This document shows, piece by piece, positions 62,794-64,000 of a DNA stretch of 64,000 nt. Source of the stretch: an uncultured delta proteobacterium. Lineage in GTDB: Bacteria; Desulfobacterota; Binatia; Binatales; Binataceae. The DNA lies in NCBI GenBank assembly GCA_963771325.1, contig CAVYTJ010000004.1, positions 28,740-92,739 of the forward strand. Direction: 5' to 3'. Under the pieces are notes generated by a model, which saw only the letters and a program-made list of their open reading frames with translations, was not told where the DNA came from and ran no database searches. The translations under genes and the position numbers were made by a program. Positions within the stretch are counted from its first letter, which is position 1. Each line of letters starts with the position of its first letter.

Positions 62794-63477
62794 TCAATGC
62801 CGATCGACCGCGCGGTAGCGCGCCGCCACCACGTCCCAATCGATATGCTCGATGAACCGCGCGATGTACTTTGAGCGCTCGGCATAGTTGAGCAGGTATG
62901 CATGCGAGGCGACGTCGCATACCACTAGCGGATTGCCTCCCGCCCATCCGCCTGCGTCCTCCTCACCCGCCGGCAAATTGTGCCAGCGATCGTCGTAGGG
63001 ATCGTATTCCAGAATCGCCCAGATCGGCGCGATTCGAGCGCACTCGATAAAGTCCGCGCGCCAGCTATCGAACGAGCCCATGTGCTCAATTAGGTTGTCG
63101 AGCACGTAGCCCGACGGCTTCATCGGTTTGACCGCGAGGTTGCGGAAATAGAATTCGTGCAGCAGCACCGAGTTCGCCGCTTCGATCTGTTGGCGGCGAA
63201 TCAAGCCGTAGTCGTTGCCGTGGGCTGCGTCGCGCGGCATCGTGGCAAGCACCCGCTCGGCCACTACCATCCGTTCGAAGTCGTGGCGGTAGGCCTGGTA
63301 GTTTTGCGCGAGCTGATCGTGCGAGAGAAAGCCGAAGATCTCCGGATGCGGCAGCGCCATCGGGCGGCGCGGCTGAAACCCCGCCTCGCCCTTGAGCAGG
63401 CCTTCGTTGCTAAGCCCGCTCTCCGGCGGCGGCGCCGGCAGTGCGGCGGCCGCGGCGGCGCGCCCAATCCCGCGCAT
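62794..63477 (-). CDS. Fe/Mn superoxide-dismutase-like protein (divergent)
   Basis: The C-terminal domain matches Sod_Fe_C (…LHEFYFRNL…GGWAGGNPLVVCDVASHAYLLNYAERSKYIARFIEHIDWDVVAARY), but the canonical DVWEHAYY is altered and the N-terminal domain is atypical with an Ala/Pro-rich leader. Confidence 0.55.
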   Translation of the reverse strand: MRGIGRAAAAAALPAPPPESGLSNEGLLKGEAGFQPRRPMALPHPEIFGFLSHDQLAQNYQAYRHDFERMVVAERVLATMPRDAAHGNDYGLIRRQQIEAANSVLLHEFYFRNLAVKPMKPSGYVLDNLIEHMGSFDSWRADFIECARIAPIWAILEYDPYDDRWHNLPAGEEDAGGWAGGNPLVVCDVASHAYLLNYAERSKYIARFIEHIDWDVVAARYRAVDRH

Positions 63478-63629
63478 CGCGGCCGCTGCGCCGAGCGTCA
63501 GCGCGGCGCTTAGAAGTTCACGCCGCCCAAGGCGGCGCTCGCCGCTGCGGTTTGTTAGAGCGCTCAGAGAGATCCGGGTCCTTCGACTCGCTCAAACGCT
63601 CGCTCAGGATGACAGCAGGGGAACCCCTT

Positions 63630-64000
63630 TTACGGCACGGGTGCCACGCTCAGCAGCCCCGCCGCCTCGTCATGTCCCAGCATCAGGTTGAGATCCTGCA
63701 CCGCTTGGCCGGCCGCGCCCTTGCCGAGGTTGTCGATCGCGGTGAGCACGAGCAGAGTTTGCGAGCGCCGATCGAGCACGAAGCCGAGCTCGCAGAAATT
63801 GGTGGCGCGGACGTTTTTCAACTCGGGCAACTCGCCCGCCTTGAGCAACCGCACGAAGGGCGACTTGGCAAACGAGGCCTCGAACGCCGCACGCACGTCT
63901 TCCTCGGTCGTGCCGGCGCGCGGGCGCATGAAGATCGAGCTCAGGATGCCGCGCGTGACCGGCAGCAGATGCGGCACGAACATCACCGCGACCTCGCGTC
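63630..64000 (-). CDS. argC: N-acetyl-gamma-glutamyl-phosphate reductase (partial, N-terminus beyond window end)
   Basis: C-terminal ArgC sequence …VPHLLPVTRGILSSIF…LTAIDNLGKGAAGQAVQDLNLMLG. Confidence 0.85.
   Translation of the reverse strand, partial: REVAVMFVPHLLPVTRGILSSIFMRPRAGTTEEDVRAAFEASFAKSPFVRLLKAGELPELKNVRATNFCELGFVLDRRSQTLLVLTAIDNLGKGAAGQAVQDLNLMLGHDEAAGLLSVAPVP

Overview
This is a high-GC (about 67%) bacterial chromosomal window that is densely coding on both strands, with no transposase, integrase, tRNA/rRNA or CRISPR array that I can find. It is probably from an environmental lineage rich in F420/flavin luciferase-like enzymes. Gene content, left to right: (1) a MacB/LolCE-like export module on the minus strand with two FtsX permeases, a LolA-like periplasmic protein and an LPG-synthase-TM/flippase-like membrane protein; (2) an orphan ExeA/GspA-like AAA ATPase carrying KPxEQ repeats and a LysM domain; (3) phosphoglucomutase; (4) a heme-oxygenase-like protein, an Asp/Glu racemase and a molybdopterin oxidoreductase; (5) a four-gene signalling cluster with a CHASE3-PAS-PAS histidine kinase, two paralogous CheY-like regulators in tandem, and a hybrid kinase with three receiver domains; (6) a secreted W/Y/N/Q-rich protein with 15 copies of the 11-aa repeat ASRQQARPAAH; (7) a YVTN beta-propeller, a PhyH dioxygenase, a GT87 membrane glycosyltransferase and a pyruvoyl-dependent arginine decarboxylase; (8) an amidase and a cytochrome P450 beside a minus-strand aromatic-catabolism operon (TPP enzyme, FAD monooxygenase, pcaHG, pcaB, Rieske dioxygenase alpha/beta); (9) three LLM-class oxidoreductases, a bacterioferritin-like protein and an MFS transporter; (10) a kdpFABC operon followed by a stand-alone KdpD N-terminal/Usp protein, a conventional sensor kinase and a sigma54-dependent NtrC-type regulator, with a candidate -24/-12 promoter upstream; (11) a YdiJ-like FAD/Fe-S oxidase, an Asn/Thr/Gly-rich secreted protein, an alcohol dehydrogenase, a CitE/HpcH lyase, an SDR, a divergent SOD-like protein and partial argC. 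A recurring observation is that at least five genes (exeA-like, pcaG, the FAD monooxygenase and two secreted proteins) are each split across reading frames by single-base indels, mostly in short G/C or A runs. This points to assembly indel errors or recent pseudogenisation. The most unusual biology is the sigma54-wired Kdp regulatory module with a split KdpD, the very recent tandem duplications in the signalling cluster, and the novel repeat-containing secreted protein.
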